Shown: positions 13,628 to 26,050 of the stretch, piece after piece | Numbering within the stretch: the first letter of the stretch is position 1 | Layout: the number at the start of each line of letters is the position of its first letter | Made by a program: the position numbers and the translations under genes | NCBI RefSeq assembly: GCF_006345805.1 | Contig: NC_043008.1 | Coordinates: 3,410,001 to 3,474,000, forward strand | Reading direction: 5' to 3' | DNA from: Octopus sinensis | Taxonomy: Eukaryota | DNA: 64,000 bases | The notes under the pieces: generated by a model | Databases searched by the model: none | Seen by the model: the letters and a program-made list of their open reading frames with translations, nothing else | Told to the model about the DNA's origin: nothing

Positions 13628-15589
13628 TAGGCCATGGTGCCAGATACGGAGTTAAAGAAGCTCTGCTTTAAGGTCCCATCCATTCGAGCACTACTTTGTA
13701 TTATCTATTTATCGATTATCTTGGTCTCGCCTGCGGCACACACATGTGGGAGTGTGTGCGCGTGTACGTTTGTGTTTGCGATATATATATACATACATAG
13801 AAATTTATATATATATATATACATACATAGAAATTTATATATATATATACATATACACGCATCCATATTTATACCTGTGTACATACATGTGTCAGTTTCC
13901 TCCGTACTTATGTATGTTGGTATATAAGTAAGTATGTAAGTATTTATGTATATATAAAATTTATGTACGTGTATGTGTGTGTATTTGTCTGCCTGTGTAT
14001 ATGTGTGTATGCGTGTATGTATATGAAACAGACCTCACGTGTGAACCTTACTCGCTTTTGTTCTTCATGCGTTCACACTGTTTGAGTGTACATGCAATCG
14101 TGTGTTGGTGAGTGAAATGTGACTTTGTTTTCAATGTTCGCGTGTGTGTGTGTGTGTGTAAGCTTGTGTGCATGTGTGAGGTTGTGTGTGTAAACGTGTG
14201 TGTGTATGTAAGCGTGTGTTGTGTGTGAGTGTAATCACTGTTTTGTGCAATGAAGTGTGACGTCCATTCTTTTGAATATTGGTCTTGAGAATGTGTGTGG
14301 GTGTATAGTAATGTTTTGACGAGAGAATTATGTTGGCTTTGCTTTTGATTATCATCCCCAAGGCGTGGGTATGAGTACGAATGTCTGCGTTTGAGAATAT
14401 GTATTGCGTATTTGTGTGTGTACGCGTGTGTGCATGTGCGTATGTGTTTATGCGTATGTATTTATGTGTCTAAGTATATGTTTTTGCGTGTGTTTGTGTA
14501 TAGAAAGTGTGTGAGGTATTGAAGTGTGCTGGTCTTTCTTTTGAATGTGATCCATAAAGTTTATATTTGCGTAAGTACATGTAACAGTGCGTTGGCGATT
14601 GATCTGTGCAAGCCTTTCTTTTCAATTTTCAATACACAGCAGAATATATGTGTGTGGGCGTTTGTATGCTGAGGTGTGTGGCAGTTCTGAACATTACTGG
14701 ACCTTCTTTTGAACACTATCGCCCGCAACCTTCCTCTACCTACCTAGGAGTGAATTTGCAAGGGAAGATTTTTCTCGTTTTGCTTTTGAATACGGTACAC
14801 AAAAACGAATTAAAAATTGAAACTTGTCTCTGATCTCTGCAGTACACATACACACCAAAAAAGATATTCGGTGCAAAGGCTAAATGTGACACTGCAGTTC
14901 AAATGCATCATTTTCGTTTAACTACGAGCAACCACTATTGATCTCAATGCGCTGGTCTAGACAGGTACTCGATATTAAACGCTTGAATACCATATACAAC
15001 TACAGTGTTAATATTAACATAATTAGCTCTGTACTGATACATTTTTCAATGTAACCCCATGTATATATATATAAATATATATATATATACATACACAAAT
15101 ATATATAGAAATATATATATATACATACACAAATATATATATAGATATAAGTATGTATATCTTACATAGAAGAAAGATTTCGAAAGCAGTATAGCCCTGA
15201 CAACAGCAGAAAAGTGGGATATTTACACTTGTAAGACCGGAAAAAATTGTCGGCAGTCATCTACGCCTATCCTGCGTTCGAAATGTACTTTCTTGTCAGT
15301 ATAACACCCAATACATTCTACACCTCCAAAGTTTGTGTGCGTGTATATATTCACAGAGAGACAGACAGACAGACAGAAAAGAGATGCGAGTAGTATGCGT
15401 CGTTTGACGTGTATTGATAGCAATGTACAATGCGCGCTTTGGTTTACCACTGAAACTCCAGTTTGAAGTTCAAATAAGAACCTTATTTGTACTCATTATT
15501 ACGAATTAAATAAGCTTGAGTTACGCCAAATGCTTTGCTTGACCGTTTGTAATATATATATGTAGATGTGTGTGTATGTATATACAAAT

Positions 15590-15651
<62 letters not shown>

Positions 15652-15985
15652 ATAGACAGAGATAGATAGATAGATATATAGATAGATAATTCTATATATC
15701 CACATACATATGTGTGTGAATGCGTCATTGCTTTATAACGCCCACTCATGCAGGGATATACACGCGCACGCGCGCACACGTACACATATCGATGAGATAA
15801 TCGTAATGGAAATTATAGAAACCATTACCTGTCGATCAGAGCTTATATTTTTTAATAATCTTTTTAATAAGTAAACTTAACTGTGGAAAAAGGTTTAATA
15901 TAAATTCCTACTTTTCAATCACATTGTGTTGTACACACACACAAACATCCACATAGTCACAGGCATACACATATACACACACAAC

Positions 15986-16018
<33 letters not shown>

Positions 16019-16019
<1 letters not shown>

Positions 16020-16928
16020 TAAGGTATGTAGAAAAATACAACATGGACAAGAACGTATAACTCTTAGAAGACGACACAATAAACATGGACAGGACATTCG
16101 AACCCCTCAGTCTTCAGTCAAGAACCGGATCATCGTAGTAATTTCGGCTGATTAATCTTGAGATTACTAGATCACGGCCAGCCCTCCAAGAAAAACTAAG
16201 CAACGAGCATTAGAAAAACTAAGCTGGAAGCGTAGATTTTCTGGAAGAAGGATCGAATGCATACGAACACCAGGACAGCAAAAGGGACAGATATAAAAAA
16301 AACAAAAAACAATAATGGAATACAGAGACATGAAATACAGAAGCATTAACGGTGAAAACAACAAGTGTCTTACGACTGATAACAAGCAAACAAATTTTTT
16401 CTCTGGCGCATTGGAAGAAGCCTTTATAGCGGCGGACGAAAAACAACGATGTTAACACGACGAGGGTCAGGAGCTGAAAGGCAGATTTCGGCCAACAGTC
16501 ACGTGACAGAGAAGAGGGAAAAGAAAAGAAAGAGAAAGAGAAGCAAAGGAAGAGAGAGAGAGAGAGGGACAAAACGCAACAAAGAGAGAGAAGAGAGAGA
16601 AAGAAGGGATCAGAGAGGAGAAGGGATGGGTATCGAAGAATGACCTGTGAGTGCAGAGCGAGACAAAGAAATAGGAGGGTAAAGAGAAGAGAAAAAGAGG
16701 ATGAGTAGAGAGAGGAGAGAGAGAGAGAGAGAGAGAGGGGGACAGATCAAGTAAAAATGAGAGAGAGAGGGAGACAAAAAGAGAGTCGTACCAATTATTA
16801 AGAATATGTGCTCACATTAATGATAAGGTGGAATATATGTTAAGGTATGTAGAAAAATACAACATGGACAAGAACGTATAACTCCTAGAAGACGACACAA
16901 TAAACATGGACAGGACATTCGAACCCCT

Positions 16929-16930
<2 letters not shown>
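16019..16930 (-). mobile_element. Non-coding PLE/retrozyme-like unit with a ~90-bp terminal direct repeat (period 821 nt)
   Basis: 16019-16109 recurs at 16840-16930 with one substitution. GA-rich interior, (TA)n on both sides, and a rearranged HHR inside. Confidence 0.75.
16101..16169 (-). ncRNA. Candidate non-circularly permuted (swapped) hammerhead ribozyme
   Basis: - strand TAGTAA-TC-TCAAGA ttaa TCAGCC-GAAA-TTACTA cgatgatccggt TCTTGA-CTGAAGA-CTGAGGGGTT. Stem III (7 bp) and stem I (6 bp) are perfect and abut the core; stem II is ambiguous. Confidence 0.55.
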
Positions 16931-16981
<51 letters not shown>

Positions 16982-17683
16982 TATATTATATATATACATA
17001 ATATACGTATTCACATACACACACACACACACATATATATGTTTAAACACACGTATATATAAATATATATGTATATCTATATATGCATAAATACGTAGCT
17101 GTTCGCTCAGCATATATATTTAAATGTGACCATATATGGCCTTGAGTCACTCTCTAAATTCTACTGATATTATCAAAAATTGTTTCTATATTTAGATTCA
17201 TAGATGAAGAGATAAATACATTTTCCTTATTTTCGTCTCGATTTGGCCCACGCGATTTTTTCGCGCGTTTTACATATAACTAAATAATATATACATTCAC
17301 AGATACGCATATAATCACACGCACAGACACACAGACATATATACATATACGCACACACAATTTCAATAAATGTGTATGCATGTGTCCATTTCATACATAT
17401 ACGCATTATATATATGAGTGTGTGCGTGTGTGTGTCTATACATCTATAAATATATATATACACACACAAAAATAAATATGTATGCGTGTGTACATTTTAT
17501 TTATACGCATTATATACATATATGTGTATGAATATATATATATATACATATATATATTATATATATATATTTATTTATATATATATTTATATATATATGT
17601 ATGTATGCATATATATATATATAGAGAGAGAGAGAGGAGAGAGAGAGAGATACACATATAAATACATATATATATATGTTTTG

Positions 17684-17740
<57 letters not shown>

Positions 17741-19294
17741 ATATATACATATATACATACATGTATTTTATAGGCACCTAGTTATTGACTTAAGAAATGC
17801 TCTTGTTTGGGCGAAATTACCGAGAAAATAATCTAAATATACATTTGTCAAGTGAAGCAGAATATTTCTAAATTAATTCTGAATTTCTTTATTATTTTGT
17901 AGCAATGAAGATTTGTCAAACTAAAATTGAATTAAAGATTCTAGTGTTCACTATTCCTAAACGTTTATTCCCATTGCTGCAATAAAAATGACATTATTTT
18001 GATTTTTCAACCAGAATTTAATTATTCGCCTTTTTTTCTTTTCATTTACGATAAAATTATTTCACAAAATTTCAATTGGCGTTAGGATATATTTGTTAGT
18101 TACGGTTAACTAAAAAGTTTTTGAAGCAAAAATACTCTGATTAAAATTGATTTAGAAAAACAATGCTCGCTTCTTCTTCTTCTTCTTTCTTCTTCTTCTT
18201 CTTCCTCTTCTTCTTCTTCTTCTTCACATTCACACTTTCACTCCCTCCGGCTGCCTCCTTCTCTCAGTGTTATATATATTTCATGTGTGTATATGTGTAG
18301 TTATGCTCGTCTCTATGTGCGTATGTGGGGCGTATATTGTAATTACCGTCTCGTTCATTGCTATTCATCTAAGAACAAAAATCTGTAATAATCAGTAACT
18401 ACTAAACTTTTCTTGTATAAAATGAACAGAAGAAAAAAAATTTCTATAGAATCTTTTTGGTTTTTTTCCGTTTCAGAGTCACGATTTGACTGGGCTAAAT
18501 TACTAATAAAGAAAATGACGTTTTAGCTTTCATAGCTTTCGATAATTTTCATTCATTCCTACATACTTACATTCATATGTATACACATCAATTCATACAC
18601 ATGTACGACATATATACATAGATACATAGATATATATATATATATATATACATACATACACACATACTTACATACATACATATGTACGTACATACATACA
18701 CACATATGCATACATACATACATACACACACATACATGCATACATACATGCATGCATGCATACATACATACTTACATGCATACACACATACATACATACA
18801 CATATACATACATACATACATGCATACATATTTGTGCGCGTATGTGAGTGTGCGAAGTAATTGTATATAAACACGTGACCTTATGGCTTGTGTATAGATT
18901 CCGACTTCGATGTCGATGGTTTGGTTCCTGGAACATTTGTCGCAAATTCTCCTTGAGCATAGCACTTCATTTCACCTTACTCCAACCTACTTATCCCGAA
19001 AACGACTTCAGCCAAGTGTTAAATATCTCTCACGCTTTCGCTCACTTCTCTCTCTACACCTCTCTCTTTTACTTTCGCTTTATCTTCCTCTATCTTTCTC
19101 TTCCTCTCTCTCTCTCCCCCCGTTTCTCTCTCTCATTCCTTCTGTCTACCTCCGGCTGTCTCATCCTTAACGGCCCATTGAGTGAACGTCGACAAGTGGA
19201 GAGTAGACTAATGTCTGCTTGCTACTACATATTCACTTTAACCAATGTGTGAAAGCATGGCACATTCCACCATGAACATACTTGATTGTAAGAG

Positions 19295-19377
<83 letters not shown>

Positions 19378-19599
19378 ATGTGTGTGTGTTTTTGACTTTT
19401 ACGTGGAAATGTTTGAAAATGAATTCGTACTTTCAATTCGCGTGACTGCATCAGAGTGTAATAAATGTGAACTTGTCCCACAGATAAAAATCAGCATTTG
19501 ATGCAGATATCGTGAGCGTATTACAATATTTTGAGGACCTCGCAAGTGACTTTACACCTTTGTAGATTTCCTGTAGTTTCAAGCAAAAACATCAAGTGC

Positions 19600-20780
19600 C
19601 ACATGTGCCACATGTTTCTCTCATAATTCAATATTTCTATGATCCAGATCTTATTCAGCATCTACTAGATTATCCTAAATACTGATATGCAGCAAACATA
19701 TTCGGTCTTTTAATCCAATGTATGCCGTATGGATTAAGGAGCGTGACTTTTTAAGCTAGAGTTATAATCTCTTGTTACACTTGTATCGTTTAAGTTTCTA
19801 TCCTAAGATGCTGGCACGGGTTTGACTCGTAGCTAGCAATTTTTTGCCAAGTGATGGATTTAAGATTCAATTTTCTCTCACCCGATGCCGTTCAGTTTTA
19901 TGCATTTACATCTCCATTGAGAACTTCCTTGTAAATCTTGACAAAGTACTGACAGTAGTCTCATTATAGGTGTATAGTTTTTATGTAATATTAGGTAATA
20001 CTTCTTCAGAATTTCTTCTAGTCATTCTAAATCTAGATTGGAATTATGTTCTCACTCCAAACGGGAAGGAAGCAAACACCAAAAATGTTGCTAACGTTAA
20101 AATATATTGTGGAGAATCAATAAAAAAAATGCGTAATAACTGAGTAATTATGTTGGTTGCCGAGTTGCAAGAAATTTCAACCAAAACTGCATCTTACTGA
20201 GAAGACACAGCGTTATTCTGTAACTTGTATTGATTATCCCCCATTATTTTGAATAATATGTCTTCATTATTTCGTACAACTAACTTCGGATTCCGGAGAG
20301 TTTGTTCACAGCCATTAACTCTTCTTTGGGGATTGTTATTTTGCACCAATTTTCCTCTTTTTATTAACTCTGCCGTATACAAGCGGTGAAGTAATTAATT
20401 GTTCGTTGGCATATTACAAGAAACACACATAACTTATAATTTTCTGAAAACCAACGATTTTATTTTAAGTTCTCTAATCTGCAAAGATACATTTTCTTAC
20501 TGTTTTGTCTTTTAAAATTCTTCGCTGTTAAACCAGCACTAATTTGCCAAAATGGACACACGTACAGTGTTGTAAATATTTACTTCCGACTTTGTAATCG
20601 CCATTAGAATCAATTCATTTAGTCTCTTATTTGAATTAATCACGGGTGGTTTTTTCCTGCAAAGTTTAAAAATAAATTATCTTCTCTAGAAACATTTCTC
20701 TAAGAATACATTGTAATACTATTTTTTTTTTTCGCTTTTCCAGTTCGTAAAATATGTTTTCCTCGCCATTCCAGCTGTTA
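19600..20780 (-). mobile_element. Very decayed hAT (Charlie/SPIN-like) transposase
   Basis: Fragments YTAELIKRGK, KIMGDNQYKLQ, ATNIITQL..FLVF and LLNPYGIHWIKR appear in the order expected for hAT motifs (VAELIAK.GKP, IMG....KL, QLLVF.R, LLHTEVRWLSR). Confidence 0.45.
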
Positions 20781-22289
20781 CAGATGTTATTATGTATCAT
20801 GAGAGCAAATCAGTGAACAAACTACCTGCCAACAAAATGTAGCAGGTGTAGATATTTGGTTTGTTGTCGAGCATCATGTAACCGTTGATGAGAAGTAGGA
20901 TTATATCCACGCCGTGGTCTCTCGGTAAAGTTTACGGTTTCGTTTCAGGAATAAAATTATATTGACCGATTTTCAAAATTAAATTACAATAATTGGCTCT
21001 GATCTGACGTTCCATAGATTAATTCACTTGGTGACTTCATTTTTTGTCTTGAAAATAATTTTCATGTGAGCGTAATTCTCATGTGTATGCATGTGTGTGT
21101 AAACATATAAAAGAAACAGCCTTTAGTGAAGAATTGGCAAGTTTAAGTCTACTTGTGAAACACATAAGGGTCTTTTGGAATCCTGCAGCATTAATGAGGA
21201 ACTAATTGCATATATTTTATATAGATAGATGGTTGGATAGCTGCCTGGCTTACTGGATGGATGGATGGACGGAGTGACAGAGTATGCATCTATATTTGTA
21301 GATATATATTGATATACATATATACATAAATTTACGTATATGTGTGTTGATATATGACAGTTTTGAAATAGTAAATAGTTTCTTTTTTATGGTTCCATCT
21401 GCTACAAATAATAACATTTATCATCCTTGAACCATATTGTATTGCATTATTGTAAAGGAGACAAGAAAGTATTCTCTTGTGTAGACTGATTTTGGAAAAA
21501 AAATTGGGAATGATGGTCATTGTTTGATATCCTTTGATTGCAAACCCGGTAAATTAAAGCAGAATTAAAGCTGAATTAAAACCAGCAAAAACAAAAATGT
21601 AACGAGGTGTTATGTCGCCAAAATATATTAGAAAGTAAAGCTATATTATGAAAAGACCATTGTAAATTATAATTTCCTATCAACATTTTATTTTACGGTG
21701 GATTCTCCGCTAGTTTCGAAGTTGCGCATGAATGTGTTCGCTAAGCTGAATCCACTCGTGAAATTAAACATTATTCCACAGACATTTACAACATTAACGT
21801 TATTCTCAGTCTGAAATGGTGTGGAGTGGTGCGACAAGATTGGACCTTTGGATAACTGGTACACGTTAAAAGAAGTTTCGCCCTCAATACTTGATTTGTA
21901 CTTTAATTATTGACCCCAAAACACTGACAAGCATAGCTAACTTCGGTGGGAATTTGTAATCAGGGTTTTCAGGTGCACTCCTTCACCCAATAATACCAGG
22001 TATTCCATTCGGTGCTGTAAAACTCCCGCTATATTCTATCTATATCCTGCTTTGTAAATATGATATTCATAAAGTGTTATCTTACATTGTTTATTTATAA
22101 TATTATTCTATAACAGAGACTCGGAAGTGGTTGCGTGGTAGAGAAACGCGCTACTCAATTATGTTGTACCAGTTTCATTCCTACTGCGTGATACCTTGGG
22201 CAAGCGTCATCCTAGGCTTCCTCAAGATATTATCAGTGACTTGGTAGGCAGTAACTGAAAGACGCCATTATATATATATATACATATAA

Positions 22290-22890
22290 TGATAAATCTC
22301 AGAGCGAGTTATAAACAGTAGCGGTAACACATCGTGACGCATATTTGCCATTTGAATATGGCTAACCCCTAAGGGTGGATGCTACCGTAGTTTGTAGCCC
22401 CAGGAAGATATCTCCTCCAGCTGGCTATAGACACACTATCTGTGGCCTATCAGTATTTGTGAAGGGAAGTCATCCTTCCCGTCTTCAACTTATGATACAC
22501 ACGGACTCGAGTTTCAAGGTATTTACCTATCATCAGCGTATGATAATCATAGTTGTCGACGAGAATTCAGTTTCCCTCACAAATACATATACTTTTTCCA
22601 GTGTCGATTGACACTGATATTGAAAAAGTGAAATCAGAGTGAGTTATAAACAGCAGCGGTAACACAACGTGACGCATATTTGCCATTTGAATATGGCTAA
22701 CCCCTAAGGGTGGATGCTACTGTAGTTTGTAGCCCCAGACGGGAAGGATGACTTCCCTTCACAAATACTGATAGGGCACAGATAGTGTGTCTATAGCCAG
22801 CTGGAGGAGATATCTTCCTGGGGCTACAAACTACAGTAGCATCCACCCTTAGGGGTTAGCCATATTCATATGGCAAATATGCGTCACGAT
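22290..22890 (-). mobile_element. Retrozyme/PLE-like unit: 335-nt monomer, partial tandem copy and inverted copy
   Basis: 22300-22402 recurs directly at 22635-22737. 22737-22890 is the reverse complement of 22331-22484. Confidence 0.85.
22492..22550 (-). ncRNA. Minimal type I hammerhead ribozyme (intact core, GUC site)
   Basis: CATACG-CTGATGA-TAGGTA AA TACCTT-GAAA-CTCGAG-TC-CGTGTG: 6-bp stem I extended by ATGAT/ATCAT, stem II AGGTA/TACCT, palindromic ACTCGAGT stem III. Confidence 0.85.
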
Positions 22891-23123
22891 ATATATATAT
22901 ATATATATATATATGTGCGTGTGTGTTTGTGTCAGTGTTTGTCCCCCAACATCGCTTGACAACCGATGCTGGTTCGTTTAGGTTCCCGTAACTTAGTGGT
23001 TCGGCAAAAAGCACCAATAGAATAAATACCAGGCTTACAAAGAATAATTCCTGCGGTCGATTTGCTCGACAAATGGTGGTCCTCCAGCATGGCCACTGTC
23101 AAATGTCTGAAACAAGTTAAAGA

Positions 23124-23171
<48 letters not shown>

Positions 23172-23173
<2 letters not shown>

Positions 23174-23708
23174 CAACAATTGAGGGTAAAATTAATTAAT
23201 TAATCAATTTCACCAAGTGTTCAGTATGTAAAAAGACCATTTAAGGCGAATTCAAAATTTTACATTATATAATTAGGGCTTAGTAAAATAAATTACTTTG
23301 CCACATACTGAACTAAGTAGAAATAGCAGCCAAAAAAAATTTTCTTAGCATTTCTACAACTTAAAGAAAATTTCTCTCAGATAATGTTTACTCCAGACAG
23401 CCCACGAAGGTTTGGAGGTAAATACAGAAAAATATCACAAGTACATAGATCGTTTGAGTACGTCAATGTTTCAAGATTAGCCAAATAAAATCAGCATTTG
23501 TATCGTCAGCTCAAAATTTCTTAAATTGGATTTGGAAACACTAAAAAGAAGGAACTTTACCTATCAGCGAACTTATCGCTTCAGATGAACCACTCCGACT
23601 AACAGTGTCAACAAATTCAAAATGCGCAGGCGTAAATTTTTTTGGCTGCTATTTCTACTTAGTTCAGTATGTGGCAAAGTAATTTATTTTACTAAGCCCT
23701 AATTATAT
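23172..23708 (-). mobile_element. PLE-like unit with a ~75-bp near-perfect inverted repeat around a hammerhead
   Basis: 23266-23342 is the reverse complement of 23634-23708. Flanked by (TA)n. Confidence 0.8.
23453..23515 (-). ncRNA. Type I hammerhead ribozyme (GUA site, long stem II region)
   Basis: TTTGAG-CTGACGA-[30 nt]-GAAA-CATTGACG-TA-CTCAAA: perfect 6-bp stem I. Stem III looks like a CpG-decayed ACGTCGACGT palindrome. Confidence 0.75.
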
Positions 23709-23777
23709 ATATACATATATATATATATATAGGGAGAAAAGTTCGTACGAAAACATATCCTTACATACTTACCTGTG

Positions 23778-23875
<98 letters not shown>

Positions 23876-23894
23876 GGTGTAAGCATGTCTATGC

Positions 23895-24115
23895 GCGCGT
23901 ACTTTTGTGTTTGCATTTGAACCCATTACCACCGCTTGGCAACAGTAGTTTGTGTCTTTAATTCCCCGTAACAACGCGGTTGAGCTAAAATTTTAATACG
24001 ATAGGACCCAGGATTAAGAGCAAGTATTGGGATCAATTCGTTCGACTAAACACTTCAATGTGCTGCCCCAGCATTGACCTTCTCTGAAGACTGAAACAAG
24101 TATAAGAGAAAGATA
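23895..24115 (+). mobile_element. SINE family B 3' part
   Basis: ACCGCTTGGCAAC..CCCCGTAAC..TTCGACTAAA..GCTGCCCCAGCAT..ACTGAAACAAG. Other family B tails at ~31270-31390, 53800-53940 and 62955-63128. Confidence 0.7.
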
Positions 24116-25860
24116 GTGTTACGCAAAAGATTTATATAACTCCATATTCTGTCTATTTATATTATATTATACATAAAAGGTAAAGGAAAACTCGGATGCT
24201 AATATAAGCATATATACTTGGGAGAAAACTTGTAAGTAGTCATAAATCTTAACGACTGAGTATCTTTGTTGTACGTCAAACTGCGCGAAATTGCTGCGAA
24301 ATCTCTCTCAAATCACAGACGCCTTCTTTAAAATGGACACTGAAGAATATTCTTCCAGGTATCTTTAATAAAAGAACGAAATGATCATTAACGGAGCGCA
24401 TTTTATCCTATGTGTGCACGTGCACAACCAGATCTGTCCTAAAGAATGACTATCACTTGTGAATATGCTTTCTGGCACAAACATATGGGTTTCACCGTTG
24501 CATTAAACACTCTTTAGATATGTCACATAACGAACGACCGATGAACAGATATTATATCCAAATGCAGAATTACTTTCATTATCAACGAAGTAACTAAGAA
24601 ATATAGAATTGAATTCGTTAAATCAGAGGTAGTACAGAGACAAAATAGGTATTTCTTCACGAATAAGTCAACAATAAATTTTCTTTCTGACTTCAGAGTT
24701 TCTTAAAGTCATTAGTGGAAAACAAATTTGCAGAAATCAAAAATCAGTAAATTACCCCGTAGCGCATGCGTAACTTAAGCATCTGAAGTAAATTTCCCTT
24801 GCTCTACCATTCAAACAACCTGCTATTATCATCTGTGGAATTGCAAGAGCATTGGTGCATATAGGCACTAAAACCAAATAAGACGCTCGCTCACCAGGGT
24901 GAAGCATATCTCCGTATGAATGGGCTGCTTTCTCGACTGTGCTTAGTAATATTTTTGGTCACAAGTTTTGTTAAGAGAATTTGCTTCATTCGCCACGTCA
25001 GGCCGGAGAATTGGTGTGGCTATTTCAGGAACCTTGGAAGAATTCCAACACAAAACGCAAACAGTCGGAATAGCTACTGCTATTCTATCAATTCACCGCC
25101 GTCAAACAGTAACATATTTGGAGATTCCAAACTTATAAAAGTCAAAATTTACTTCCATAGGAACTGAAATTGGATCGCAGAGTCGTAACGAATTCTGTAA
25201 TACATTCTTTCTGGCGCGTTAACAATTCTGATCTGAATTGAGTGTATGGTTGCTCTGTTTTCTAGAAACAGTAACGGACACAGTCTTTTAGGATATGACA
25301 TAAGTCTGTGTATATAGTAGCTTTGTGTAGCCATAAGTCTACAAGATGCTGATACGCATCGTCACAATTGACCTAGGGCTCAGCAACAGTTCGAGACTTA
25401 TAAGAATCGTTTAAATGTTTATAATATTTTATTTAATGATGTATGTATAAATATACTCAAAATGAAATTTGAAATCTAAAATTGTGCTTTGTAACAACAT
25501 AGAAGTTCGAAGTGAATTATTCTTTGTAGCCATCGCTCTGAAATCGCAAGCTTAGTATTTCGACTGATAATTTTTATAGAAAAATTGCTATTACGCAACG
25601 ATTACGCAGAAACACATAATAGTCCGGAGTTCTTTCTTGCAAACATTGTATTTGTACGATTTCAAAAGAAATATGTATATGAATTGTTTTGCTTATTGGC
25701 GAAAGAATCTATAAACTGCACAACAAAAGCTGAGCTGGCTGACTTTTTGGATTTTTTTTTTCAGTATTTTGCTTTCATGAAAAAAAAAATAATGTTTCAC
25801 TCTGTCTGTCTCTTCACTGCGAATACCAAAGCTATCGATCATACATGAATAGATTGGACA

Positions 25861-25939
<79 letters not shown>

Positions 25940-25986
25940 TGAGTTGTATGTACGTCTGTGTACACACACACACACACACATATATG

Positions 25987-26050
<64 letters not shown>

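Larger units (their letters stand above)
22120..23124 (+). mobile_element. tRNA-derived SINE (family B) split by an insertion in its internal TA tract
   Basis: 5' part at 22120-22267 (GTGGTTGCGTGGTA..CTACTGCGTGATACCTTGGGCAAG..AACTGAAAGACGCC). 3' part at 22915-23124 (TGTCCCCCAACATCGCTTGACAACCG..CCAGCATGGCCAC..CTGAAACAAG). Confidence 0.8.

Noticed and set aside
24340-24390. CTGAAGA...GAAATGATC
   Set aside because: No stem I or stem II pairing.
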